Notes under the pieces: generated by a model
What the model was told of the DNA's origin: nothing
The model's input: only the letters and a program-made list of their open reading frames with translations
Databases searched by the model: none
Part shown: piece after piece, positions 37,541-50,912 of the stretch
Numbering within the stretch: the first letter of the stretch is position 1
How the letters are laid out: every line of letters begins with the position of its first letter
Assembly: GCA_012295275.1 (NCBI GenBank)
Contig: CM022670.1
Span: forward strand, 32,426,001 to 32,490,000
Origin: Chrysomallon squamiferum
Taxonomy: Eukaryota > Animalia > Mollusca
Length of the DNA: 64,000 bases
Direction: 5' to 3'
Translations under genes and position numbers: made by a program

Positions 37541-38651
37541 CTATACTGCTTCATTACATACAACAACAAAACATCTAGTTCCACTAAAAAGGTACCCACC
37601 ATTGTAAAGTGTTGATAGAAAAGCCAGTATTAACAAAAGAGATAGAGCAACACAGAAGTTTTTATTTTTCTCTCATACACATGTAGATCATGCCTTGTAA
37701 TTACAGTACATTTGTTGTCCAAGATACTTGCTGACTGAACAGTGTACATGTTTGTGTATTGTAGTAGAAGAATGTGTTCCTATTATATAGGCACAGGGTA
37801 AATACAAAAAAAAGAACAAAAACATCATCACAAAGAGAATATTTTATGAGCCAGTTAATGACTATGAGATAATTGCTGTTTGCTTTAGCTTTGAGGGAAC
37901 ACAGAAAAAATTGACTGATTTTTTTTTCCACACTAAGTAATTGGCATACATTTTAAAACTTGCTCTTTTTTTTTTTTTTTTTTATATCACTTTTGTTGTG
38001 TTTAGTTTCTTAAGATAATAGCAATTAATTTTTCTTCTTAAGAAAGAGCATGTTGAATTACTTCATGTTTTTACAGCAGGTGATCATTCATAAAAGTAGT
38101 AACATTTTTACAAGCACACGAAACAGGTTGTATATCCTTCGAGTGTCTTTATTTCAAACAAATGGCCATAAACTGTTAAACTGTTTCTTTATTCTGAACC
38201 AAGATCTAATGAAAATAATCAAGCTGATCACCTTTTATATCAATAAAATTGAAATGTACAAAGGAGCTGATATTAAAAACAAATAACTAGATATGTTTAG
38301 ATACGTATTATTTTATCTTTGTATTTTATTACTTTGGAAACATACAATCAATATAATTTGTATGTATATATATATATAAATGCATATCATGTGTATACAG
38401 TTATGTATGTGTATGAGTGTGTATATTATTTATTTACTTATTGTTAGACATGTTTATTGATTAGTTTTATATTAAACTGTTCACCTCTTTTCAAAGTATA
38501 GAGTTATAGTCATCATATTTATAAAAAAAAGTAAAAAATAAATTAAAGGTTGTAGTGTCTTTTTTTTTATCAGTTCTGTATTTATTTTTCTAATCATTAG
38601 GAATTACCCCAAATGAATGGAAATCGACCATGTCAGATGCATCTATATATC

Positions 38652-38652
<1 letters not shown>

Positions 38653-38716
<64 letters not shown>
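38653..38716. repeat. Compound (TA)n(GA)n microsatellite
   Basis: Seen directly. Confidence 0.95.
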
Positions 38717-38718
<2 letters not shown>

Positions 38719-39029
38719 ACTACACACACATAAATATAATACTTTTTTACCTGTCCTTAGTAATGGACAAGACAGAACATGAATGTAAATGTCCCTTGAG
38801 CCATAATAAAGTCACTTGACTTCTTGTGTCTGTGCTCTCGATTGACATAAGGAATTGTCCTTAATTACAGTGATAGAAATAAGAGCCAGCAGGCAGCATC
38901 CATCACCTGCTGTTAACACACAGTTGTCGGTCATTAACTGGTCAGCCAAGATGAAATATGCATTGCGTTGCTTTGTCCTCATTTTTACTGCAATAATAAA
39001 AACACAGAAAACAATTAAATGTCTACATT

Positions 39030-39160
39030 ATCATCATAGTACATGCAACAGTACCTGCTGGCTTCATCACATGAACATACTAGATAAAACAAATACATAC
39101 ATATCTACCTCATCGTTATTGTACATGCAGCAGTGCCTGCTGGCTTCATCACATGAGTAC
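39030..39160. repeat. Direct repeat, period 82 bp
   Basis: GTACATGCA(A/G)CAGT(A/G)CCTGCTGGCTTCATCACATGA occurs at 39039 and 39121. Confidence 0.9.
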
Positions 39161-39599
39161 ACGAGATATACTACAGAACGGGTTTCTGCTTGTTAACATA
39201 TTGCATCACAGTGACTGTTAGTGATAAAGGAAAGACTGTTTAATTCAAAGATCTGCTCAGTGTGTTTTAATGTATGGAAAGATAATGTCATTACAGGCAT
39301 ATTTATCTATTGAAAGTATTGAAATTGTGAACCTGTCCAGACATCTGATATTCATTTTTAAAGATAACTTTGCCACAACAGACATTGTTTTATAGCAGCA
39401 GGACACATGTCAAACCTGCTACACCTTAGATAAAATCACATAAAAACATATACCATTGGTCATTTGGCTGACTTCTATGTACAATTTCACAAATATATAT
39501 ATATAAAAAGAATATACTGTAGTCATAGCCCACAGAGCAAATGTGATAAACCAGTCATTTGAGCTCTGGCTAGAACTGAAAGATCCCTAAGAGCAGTTT

Positions 39600-39725
39600 T
39601 AATAAATCAGTCATGGTATACTGACGGGAATACGAAATAGCCAAAACAACACCCTTAGGAGGATTGATCCTGGGTCATACCATTTATAACATCTGCATTC
39701 TAATAGCCAAGTGTTGTCCTGCCCC
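39600..39725 (-). mobile_element. Degenerate SINE (family A) head, antisense
   Basis: CAGTCATGGTATACTGACGGGAATACGAAATAGCCAA...GGATTGATCCTG is the reverse complement of the head and body pattern at 59110-59178. Confidence 0.55.
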
Positions 39726-42700
39726 ATGACTATTAGTAAAACTTCTCAATGATCCTTTCTAAATATTCTTCTCTAGAAAGTTATCACTTGCTTGATCAAA
39801 AACATTCTTCATTTTTAACACAAGATTTTATGCACTTCAGATACATGGTCTTGTTCTTTCTATGAAAATGGTGATTTCCTATGAAAAAAATCTGACAAAG
39901 AAAGAAAATAAAAACCTTGATATTATAAACAGACTTAACAACAGAAATTTTACTTTCTTTTGAACCTGAATATCTTTTCTGTTGGAGGTCATAACCATAA
40001 CTACTATTTGAAATCTAAACCTTGACAAAAAAAGTCCTGAACTGAATACAGACAACTTAATAATTAGTAGCATTAAACAACTTTGAGATGTTTCCTGATT
40101 TCAATATAAAATTATGATTTATAACCAGAATACTTGATAATGTTGATCATAATAACAATTATAATAGTAGTGTTAATTGTGATGGTGGTATTGTTGTAGT
40201 TGTTGTATTGTTAATTTCAATAATAAGTAATAATAATATAAAACAAAGAATAATAATAATAATACTTACATTGATAGTAGTAGTAGTAATAATAATGTTA
40301 ATAATAATAATACATTCATAGGAAAACTAATACATTTCTGTATGTTTAAAAGGTGTAATTTAAAAAAGAAAGAAAAAATGTTTCAGTGATTTATTTTCAA
40401 CAAAATTACTTTTATGCCATATTAAAATTCCATCAATCATTGCTGATCTTGCCCTGTTACCAAGTGCAGATATAAATAATTGTTAACAGTAGCAGATTAA
40501 TGACTACTGCAGATTGGAAGAAAATGAATAAATAAATGTCTGTTTGAACAGACCTCAGCACATTTTTGTGTTAACAGTTATTTTGTGTCAGCCATGTACA
40601 GAGATATAAAACAGAATAAAATAATGATGATGGTAGTGATGTTGATGATTATCAATATGATAGTAATAATAATGTAATATTAGCAGAAATACTACTACTT
40701 CTACTGCTAATAATAATATGATGATAATACCAGTGTTAATAGTAACAGTTAAAATATTAAAATAATAATAAATCAATATAAATAGAAATAAATAAATAAA
40801 TATCAAACAAATAAATTTACAATAATTTAGAAAAGTAATAATAATTTAAAAAAAAGCTCTATATTAAGCTAACAGGTTGTCAGACAACTTCACTTAACCT
40901 TTCCATGGAGAGATGCTTTTTTTTAATGAGATAAATAAATAATGGTGATATTTCAACGATTGCCATTACAGGTGTACTGGCCTCTTTACCTTGGTCTTGT
41001 AATCTGTACCAAGTTGACTTTAGACTTGTCTTAGAAGCAAGAGATCGATTATCTTCAACTCTGTTTGTATTGATTACAGAGTCCCAGAAACCAGCTATTA
41101 TGCAGATCTACCAATGATCTTTTAATTTATCATAATTTAGAATGACATTTCTAATTGAAGGGCAAAATGTTTATGTTATTTGCCAAGGCCTTTGACTTAC
41201 ATACACACACACATGCATGAGAGATAGAGACATACACACCTTTATGTTGAAATGCCTTTCAAAATGTTTAATATTGTTTATTATTATTAATATTATATAT
41301 TTTCAGTCATAGATTATCATAGTGCTACATAAAACTGAATTAAGTACAAGTAAATTATTTTTTGTTACAAGTTGAAAGACAAGTTTTAATTTCCTGGGTT
41401 TGAAAGTTATTCAAAATTGTCACAGGTAAACAGGCTTGAAAGCACCACAAACTAAATTAATATCCATTTCAGGCTCTTTACTAATTATCAAAGGCTGTTG
41501 ATTCCAAGCTATGAATTAACTGTGAACTTCAATTTCTGCACTAACATTGTTAAACTGTTTGTACTGTTTCTGTAATGGTCATTATTATGTTACTAAGTCC
41601 CTTGCAATCTTGGAAAGTTACTGTTGATGTGGGAAATTGTTATGTAGATTAACTGATTATGACTTGGAGTGTTAAACCAGTGTTTTATTTGTTTTAGTTA
41701 GTGTGGAAAAGTTCACCAATGCACTGAAATGATGTAGGTTATTTGTTTCAGTTAAATATTCAGTAAAATACTGAAATGATGTAGATAGCCTATATGTTTC
41801 AGTTAAATGTTCACTGATATAATGAAATATTTCAAATACATAATGTCTAATTTTGAGTGCAAAGTAGTTTATTAGTATTAAGCATATTAAACCTGTTTAA
41901 CGAATGTGGAACAGATTTTGTTTCTGAGATATAACCAAAGCTGTAGATGTAAATAAAGAAACTGTAAAATACACAATATAGTTTCACTTTTGAATAGTGG
42001 AATCCATTGGATATTGTATTTTGTTCATGAATTCTTGTAATCATAAGTAGTAAAATTAATTTTCTGGATAAAGCTGACATCAGGATTATTCAGTATATTT
42101 GTTATTTGTATCCAGTCTCTTGAAGCCACCAAATCAAATATTTTTTTTTTTATTTTATTTTTCTTCATAATCCCCCTTGATCTCTTTTTGTATATGTATT
42201 TTTTCTGCAACTAGCCCACATATATAACATTTTGTTCTATCCAACTTTCATATGATTTACAATATTTCAGGAAACTATAGATATACCTAAGAGCTTTTGG
42301 TGACTACTATAGTGATAATAATTTTGAATTCATATGTGCTTATGATGATGTTTTTGCAGCCACAATTGACTTAGTTAAAACAGACATCCAAGTGCATGTC
42401 TTTTTTGTGGATTCAGGAAGATGCCTGGGTTTCATCTGTTTCTGCCATAGTTCCAATTTTTTCCATTAGATTGTGATAACCTTCTCAGGACTGAAAAGAC
42501 TAAGATTATAAAGAGATAATTTAGATTTAGCACTGGTTTAGTAATCAGCTTGCTATCAGCATAGATAGGTTAGAAAATGATGTCTTATCCATCTCTGATA
42601 GTGAATCTCATCTTGCAGTGTAATGTTTTTTACTACTCTTTTTTTTTCTATACTTTTTCTCATTTGAAATTCTGTAACAGAAATTAAAATTATTTTTTTA

Positions 42701-44259
42701 AGTTGATGTTTTTTTTTTAACAAACTTCATTGACTGACCAAGTCATTAAAAGTGATTGAGATAAATTTTCTTTTTTCTATCTGTTTAGATTCCAGACTAA
42801 TAGTGCTCTTGTGGCTTACACAAAGTACTCTACATCTGCAACAACTAAGCTTCAAAGTTATCATTGATATTTCCTTAGGCATTGATTAACTTGTGAATGC
42901 AAAGTGTGTTTTTATTGATTAAGGTTTTTCCCTATAAACAAATTCTTGGATGCACCAATTATCTTTAAATCTATCACATACAAAGTTACAATTCTTAAGA
43001 CTAATTTGACAGTTTTAACAGTCAGTATATTTTTTGCATTCATACAATGCCCTAAAGTCTGTGGAATAGGGTTCTTTGTACATATAAATATGAATCTGAA
43101 AACTAATAAAAATAATCAGATACAGTTAATAAATAAATATTGAAAAAAAAATGTACATACCAATAATATTATTACAACAGATCATAAAGTACACATAGAC
43201 ACTGTCCAGACAAACTCATTCATAAAACTAACAAGATATAAAAATTTTAACAACCAAGGGTAATTTGCTCTGATGATGAAAAGATTGTAAAGAACTAAAA
43301 GGGACACTTAAAATGTTAATATTGTTTTGTTAATATAATCATTTAAAACCTAGGGGAACACGTAAATCTTCAGCTGACTAAAAGAATTTATATTATATTT
43401 ATTATGTTATAAAATGTCTGAAAATGCTACTTCAAATAACTTCATGATGAAAACAGAATTAAAAACTGCATCAACATTTATTTTCCAGACTAATAGCTTT
43501 GCAGGCTTGTTAATCTAGATAACAACTATAGACTCCACCACCACAGTGGATAAAACAGCTGTCTTCATCTTGCTTCAAGCAGCTCTGATATGTGACTGAA
43601 TATAATAAAATGAGTCAGATGTCGCATGTTGATTTCTTCAGTAAAGGCATTAATAGATGAAAAGGATGAAACATTAAAAACAGGGTCATTCTAATTTCTT
43701 CTTCATACATGATTTTGTCTTTCATCCACTGAAAGTATCAATTTAATTGATGCATGGTTTATTCTGTTATGTTGCTTGCTAAGGAAATGATATGGGATGT
43801 CTGAAAATTGGAAGCCATTATTTTAATTGCTTTTTAAGAGTGGGTGCTTCAGCTGACTTCAAATGGTGATATCTAAAAGGATGAGCGGTATAAAACAGTG
43901 ATTTATCCATTATTTTGAATTTTGATCATCTACTATTACAATTTATGAAAACATCAATTTAGAACCTTGACTTATTCTGTTGTTATGGGTCACTTATGTG
44001 AAAAATAGAAAAAATAGAACCAATTTTAAAGGAAGAAAATGAAGAAGAGCAAGAATTATACATATGAAATAAGTGTGTTTTATTTGATTTCTTGTATCAA
44101 ACAGCAGCACAGATTTATTGATTATTAAGTAAATTTTTATAAATTAAAAAAAATAAGATGAAGAAAGATGATGTTAGAGACTGCAGTTCAGGTTTAGTTG
44201 TGGCAATGATTGTTTGAAGAAATCAATTTTTTTCAGTTTCCACTGGACTGTTTTTCACT

Positions 44260-44435
44260 GTTGTTTTCCAGTGTTCTGTGAATGGTTTTATCATATCCCG
44301 TGGAATTTACTAATTACTTGTCAGTAAGCATAACTGAGTTTTCTTAGTTTTTCCATTAGTCTGTTTTCCAGTGTTCTGTGAATGGTTTATCATCTACTGT
44401 GGTATGTGCTGTGTTGGTTACTAGTCAGTAAGAGT
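44260..44435. repeat. Direct repeat, period ~100 bp
   Basis: TGTTTTCCAGTGTTCTGTGAATGGTTT occurs at 44262 and 44362, each followed later by GTCAGTAAG. Confidence 0.88.
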
Positions 44436-47400
44436 AGCCTGTGGACTGACAGAAATTAATGTTCTGCTGTACATCACCATTACACAAACCAAAAACATAT
44501 TTTTCTTCAGATTAATGTTAGTATTGAAAAAACATTTTGTTGTATCATTAACAATAATTTTAAAAAATTATCTTTGAATATGGTTCAATAAAAGAGTTTT
44601 CAGCTTTGTCCTATTGTTCACACATGAAACAGCTGATGTCATTTTGATCAGAAGTGACTTTACATATGTTGTTCATTCTTGTTCACAATTTTATATTTTT
44701 TATTTTGGTTGATGAAATCTGTGATTTGAAATAAGATTTCTGCAGTTTGAGAAATCATAAAAAAAAAGAAAAAAAAAATGAAATTTTTATTAATTTGTAT
44801 TACAGTAGATAAACATTTTAAAATAACATAAATTATTTCAGATGTATGATGTATAGTTGGTGAAGTTCTGATAAACTGCAGTATAAGATGACAAAACAAA
44901 TTGGAACATTTATTACATTCTATAAAATTCTTATTAGTTAAATTATAATAGTAAATAAATATTTTTAAAAAAAAAAAAAAAAAAAAAAAATTAAAGGTAT
45001 GACTTTTGATGAAATAAATTATAATATAAATTTGTTTTTAACATACTGAACATGTTACTTAAATTATAATTAAAACAAAATCTGTTTTAATAAATAAAAT
45101 ATATGATGATGTATAATACTGGAAAGATACAACCAAGCTATAATATGATACCTGAATCTCAAAACATGATCCATCAACATGCATCTATAAGACCATTATT
45201 AGTAGCTAGAGATCTCAGAATGCGTATTCACTTCTCAGCAAAACAATATGTCTTCATTAGGCTTGCCAGCTGCCTTTTTAGGGAGAAACTCTAGGCAATA
45301 AATCATATTTTATTACACAGTGGAGAATAAGAAAATAGAATCTTTTTTTTTTGAAGCTGCAGATCTTTATGATACATGTACAGGAGTATTTTGTTATAAG
45401 GAGAGAAAGTGATAAATAATCATTATTGTTATAGTGATGTAAAGATACAAGATATTACTTGAGTTATTTTAATTGTGTGAATGATTATTTGTGTTTATTT
45501 AGTGACATGAATGATTAGGTTGTGTTGTTTTAATTATATGAATGATAGTCACTAAAGAAAAAACAAAGATATCACAAGATGCAGAAGGTATATAGTACAC
45601 AGTATTTGTTTCAGCTATTTCTTTAAAGATGTTTTAATTTTTATGGTATAAAATTAACACTGCGTTTTCATAATTTAAAAAAAAAAAAAAAATTAATGAA
45701 TACTTCTCAACCAGTGTCATTTAAATATTTAATTAAGGAAATACAATATGTTATAGATAAAATATCACTTAATTAATTCAGAAATTTTAATGTCTATATT
45801 CTCAAAATATTATATTCATGAGGACATAAATTTGTTTGATTCTGTTTACATCTCAAAGTATTAGACAGCTATTTCTGTGTAGGATAATTGTTTTTCCTTC
45901 TTTATTACATTTTTTATTCCTTAAAGTGTACCTTAATTGTGGTTACTTTAAATCAAAATTTTACCATCAGGTCTTGAGTAAGTTACAGTTTAATGTTATT
46001 CTAAAATAAAGTCACTTCACTGGAGATGTTTTTGTTTTTTTGAAAACATGGGGATAACTTTAGTTTTTTAAATTCGAATTGAAATTTCTTAAAAATTATA
46101 ATTCTTCATTATAAAAGTACAAAATGATTTCTGCCTTCATGTAACTGCTTTATGTTTCTACAGTGAAGGCAAATGTCAACATGAAAATAATGAATGTTTG
46201 AATTATTAAAGAATTTTTTTTTTGAAGTTAATACAATTGGAAATTCCAACACAAGTACTTTACCAAATCCATAATGAAATGTCATCATAAAAATATTTTT
46301 GTGGACAAAATACTTAAGTAATGCTTGGAACTATACAACAAGCACACAGGTTAAATATTTTCTAATCTCTTACAAACTAAAAACTAATTCTGCTCTGTGA
46401 AATCATGGAGGTTAAAACTTTTATTTTATTTCAGATCATTTTTTATTTTTTGTACTCACAAACCACTGCTTTGCAGGACCAGACTAAAATCCTTTTAGCA
46501 AACAATGAATAAGCTTCAGCACACTATGAGTACAAACTAAATTTCCTGAGCAAACTTAAACTTCAGCAGAACAGGTTTCAGGAATGATCAAAATTTCAGC
46601 TAGCTTTCATTTATATCAATATGCAAACAAACCATAAGCTGAAAAATAATGCCAAGAAATGCTGTTTGCTATACAAGACTGGGTTAGGGGGTTAATGCAT
46701 TAATGGGATAATAAATGACAGGTACAACTGTAGAAGACATTTGTCATGTTAATGAAAGAGATGCAAAATAACAGCTTCCTTCCAATTTAACAATAGTCAT
46801 AACAGATGTATTACTGAGATATATTAGAATATAATAACCTTTTTTTCTCTCTGTCATTCACAGTTTTTCTCTTTCTTTGATACTCAATCATACTTTCTCC
46901 CTCACTTATCATCCTTTTTTTTTGGCACTATTTATTTCTGTTTCTCTGTCTAACCAGTATATATCTATATCTCTTTCAATTTATCTATCTTGTCTGTCTA
47001 TCTATATCCATCTTTCTATCCATCTCTGTTTCTTTTTTGTATTTCAATTTATCTTTGATTCTCTCACTTTTTCTATTTCTTTCCCTAATTTTCTTCTCTC
47101 CTCCCATAATCATTTAGAATTTGTTTCATAACAAAACAAATTCTGTAATCTGTCTCAGGTGGTTTGATATTGGGAATTGTTAATATTCTCTCTCAATTAG
47201 AATTTCATCACCTAATGTAAACATCAATACAACTAAATGATGTCATCAGGTTACACAGACTCACTATTGCCAATAAATCAATGTTTTTAATTATTTATTC
47301 TGTCTGCTGCTATTTCAGTCATCATATTTTGTTTCATAACAACATCTTGCTTTGAAACTTTTGAAACAAAGATATCCCATAAAATGCTTTTGTTTAGAAA

Positions 47401-49833
47401 TTGACTTATCCATTGTTCTTATACCTATAATATAGTATGTCATATTGATGTTTTTACTGATTGATTTTTTAAAAATTTGTTCTTTTAAACGTAATACTAT
47501 ATGTTGTATGTATGATAATGATTCTGAGAAATAACTGATGATGGTGGGGTGTAACATGTATTTTTCTTTTTATTTCTGTATAATACAGAAATGAAATGAT
47601 ACAGTCAAGGAAATTTGCTTACTTGTTGTTGTACTATTCAGTATTCTGTTGTAAAATTACTATAGAGTATTCTAAAATGTGTTATCATCATGTACATACT
47701 TGATGATAATCCATATCATACCGACCCTAACTAAATAGAACGAAATAAAATTAGAATAAATTAAGGGCAAGTTCTGTAAAAATTATCTGTTCATATTTAA
47801 TTTACAATTTCACTGTTCAAAATCACTATTCAAAAAGTGTAAAAATTTATCAGTTTTCAAAATGATCATATATAATAATAAATTATATGTAATATAATGT
47901 TCTGTCCTGTATACAGAAATATGCATGCATTTCAGCATATACATTTGTATGCACACACATACACATATATACACTTTCTTTTACAATTTTAAATTATGTA
48001 TATCCTCTCTATTATTATTTTTAGATTATTTTAAGTGTTGATGTTTTTGTGGATTACCTGTATGTTTTGGCATGAACATATGGAAAAAGACAAGGTGAAG
48101 GTTTTCTGAAATTAGTTTTTGTTTTTTTTCTTTTTTTTAAGTGGCTTCTAATACACAGCTTTCCATTTACAATTATTACTTCATTATTCGGTCGGAAACT
48201 TTCTAAATGTTTCCCTAATTGTTTTAAGAAAATAACTGGCAAGAAAGCAAAAAAAATAAGAAATATCAGTGAATGTATAAAAACGAGAGAAACACACACA
48301 TACACATGCACAAACATACACACATAAAAACACACACAAAAATGACCTTACCTATAATATTGATGCCAGAATTAAAAATAATAACTGTAACAGTTTATTT
48401 CTTGTTAAAAGCATAAGCATAAATTCACTCTGCAACAAGTTGTTATATAAAATTATAAATATAATGTCTACCATTTGCTTTAGCTAACAACAGAGGAGTG
48501 ACTCAAAAATAATTTTAAATTTTTGTATGTATATATATATAAAGTACCTGACTGATCCAGGGATGAAACTGATAGAAATTAATCCTAAGTAATTTTTTAA
48601 AGCACTCTTACAAAGATTATTATTTGTTGTATGGAAGACATATCTGTTTTATCTCTGGATACAGAGATGAATGAGGTAGCAAAATGAAGTTTACTGAGGT
48701 GGGTATCTGAAAATATCTGTAACTCCAGTCAACCAAATCTGTGACTTAACACTTGTTTTTTTGTGATGGGTCACAGATGAAGTATGATGACACTGTGCAT
48801 AGTATTTATCATAAGATGTCTAATATTTTTGTTAACAGAATAGTTGTTATTGTTTTTCTGTTTTTAGTTAAACTGTTTCCATTTGTTAATCTGTTTTCCT
48901 GAGGCTAGAAAACATGTAATTGAAAAAGATAAAAAATCTAATTTACAAAGTCTGATAACACTGTCGTTATAATGATTTAAATAGTTTTATATAGGCTTTT
49001 TGTTGTTTGTTTTTTTGTAGGTTTTTTTTTTTTTAGAGATTTGTTTAGTGCTGTTTGTGCAAATTAGAGTGAGTGATAAAATCAGAGATTCAAACTGCAC
49101 AACATGCCTCAGCAGGCTAACTGCACAGCCAGATTGTGATGACTTCTAAAAATAATTCCTAAATCCAGTTAAGTAGAAAAATAAAGACAGTTAAAAAAAG
49201 AGTTGTAAGTAAAACAAACCAAACCACACACACAGAGACATACCTCCCTTCCAAAGAAAATACTGTAAAAAAAAAATCCAAAAACAAAACAAAAACAAAA
49301 AATACTTTGTAAAATTTGTTTGTCATATTTATTATTTTGATTATTTAAATTCTAGCTGACAAAAGTTAGCAGCCAACACTCACATCTATATAATTTTGAT
49401 TTTTGTTTTTAAAATACAACAATATTTATCTAGAACCTAAACACACTATGTATATGATTAATATATTTATGCTAGTATATATCTAATTCATGAATATTAC
49501 TGTTTAAATGAAACAATTAGATATTTGTTAAATGTACACTTACACAAGCACACATACCTATTGTTTATAAACATATGTATTATTACTGAGTGGTTTATAC
49601 TTGTCTCAATCAACAATGAGATTGTTAATCATCTGGAATGTCAATATTTAGATGATTTCTTAGGAAGGATAAATCCTGATGATAAACTAATGATGATTAA
49701 TGATTAATATCATGATCTGTTTATCTGTTTCTTTGTAATAATTTTCCTGGAACAATGCACAATGTATTTGTACATCCCAAAGTGTCAAAAACTTTATTTA
49801 TTTATTTATTTATATTTTTCTTCTTCTTCTTCT

Positions 49834-49864
<31 letters not shown>

Positions 49865-50287
49865 AAGAAAAATATAAATAAAAAAATAAAGTTCTGAAAA
49901 ACCATGAGTCTCTTTTTACTACAAATATTACATTATTGAATAAAATATCTAAATTTATTAATGACATTTTTATATAATTTAATAACCATATGTGGATTCC
50001 TTCATTTATTTCAGTTTCTTTGTAATTCATATGTACACACATGTGCATATACTGTGTATATATTACATTCACAAAAAATAATAAAGACATGTATAAGAAG
50101 ATCATTGATACAAAAGACAAGAATTAAATGGTGGGCTGTTTATTTTAGTGCACATATTAAATTTCACATAGACAGACATGTATACAACATGATCTGTGAT
50201 CTTATCATTACAGGACAATCATTAAGTAGGTAACAGAGATTAACATTGTGAGGGCTGCACTGTTAAACTCAGGGTTACTCACTGGTG

Positions 50288-50295
50288 TGACGTCA
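50288..50295. promoter_or_regulatory. Full palindromic cAMP response element TGACGTCA
   Basis: The exact CREB/ATF consensus with an intact CpG sits inside a less AT-rich island. Function is untested. Confidence 0.45.
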
Positions 50296-50689
50296 GGTGT
50301 GTCCATAAACAAAACTAATAGTTAGTTAACATGAAGTCTGGTAATAATGATCAGTTACTGATATAATACTGTGTAGTCAAAGTGGTTCATACTTGTGCAA
50401 AGACTTATTACTTAACCAGTAAATATAAAATCTGTAAATGTAATAAACTTCCTGGTGGTGAAAATCATAAATGTTTTGGTGTGATATTTATTTTATAATT
50501 GATTGTTGTTACACATAAAAGTGTCATTTTTTTAAAAACAAAAATAACAAATTATTAAATATCTCTTAATTTACTGACCATGTTTTGAGACCATTTAGAT
50601 ACATTTATTTACCAGTTGCATTTAATTTGCTTAATGTCCTTAGAGTATTACATATATATACAGTAATAGCTATTTTTTAATGTATCATG

Positions 50690-50912
50690 TTATGTAATTT
50701 CCCGTTCCAACCACCATTATATATAGGATATGTTTTCCTGTCTGTGGGAAGTTTCATATAAAAGATCACGAGTGCTGATGAAAAAATAATAACCCATCAC
50801 ACACTTTAAGCATATTCTTTGTATTAGTATTTGTATGGTCTTTAACATGCATAACAATTGTAGATTAAGAAACTGTTGAAAAAATCATTAAATAAAACAC
50901 ATCTTCCTTCCT
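50690..50912 (+). mobile_element. Degenerate SINE (family A) body and 3' tail
   Basis: TTTCCCGTTCCAACCA..CCTGTCTGTGGGAAGTTTCATATAAAAGATC..CATTAAATAAAACACATCTTCCTTCC is related to the other copies in this window. Confidence 0.7.

Noticed and set aside
50189-50235. MICDLIITGQSLS with a phase-2 donor AG|GTAACA
   Set aside because: It is short and unsupported by homology, so it is at chance level. It is worth rechecking only if CAGE shows a start near the CRE.
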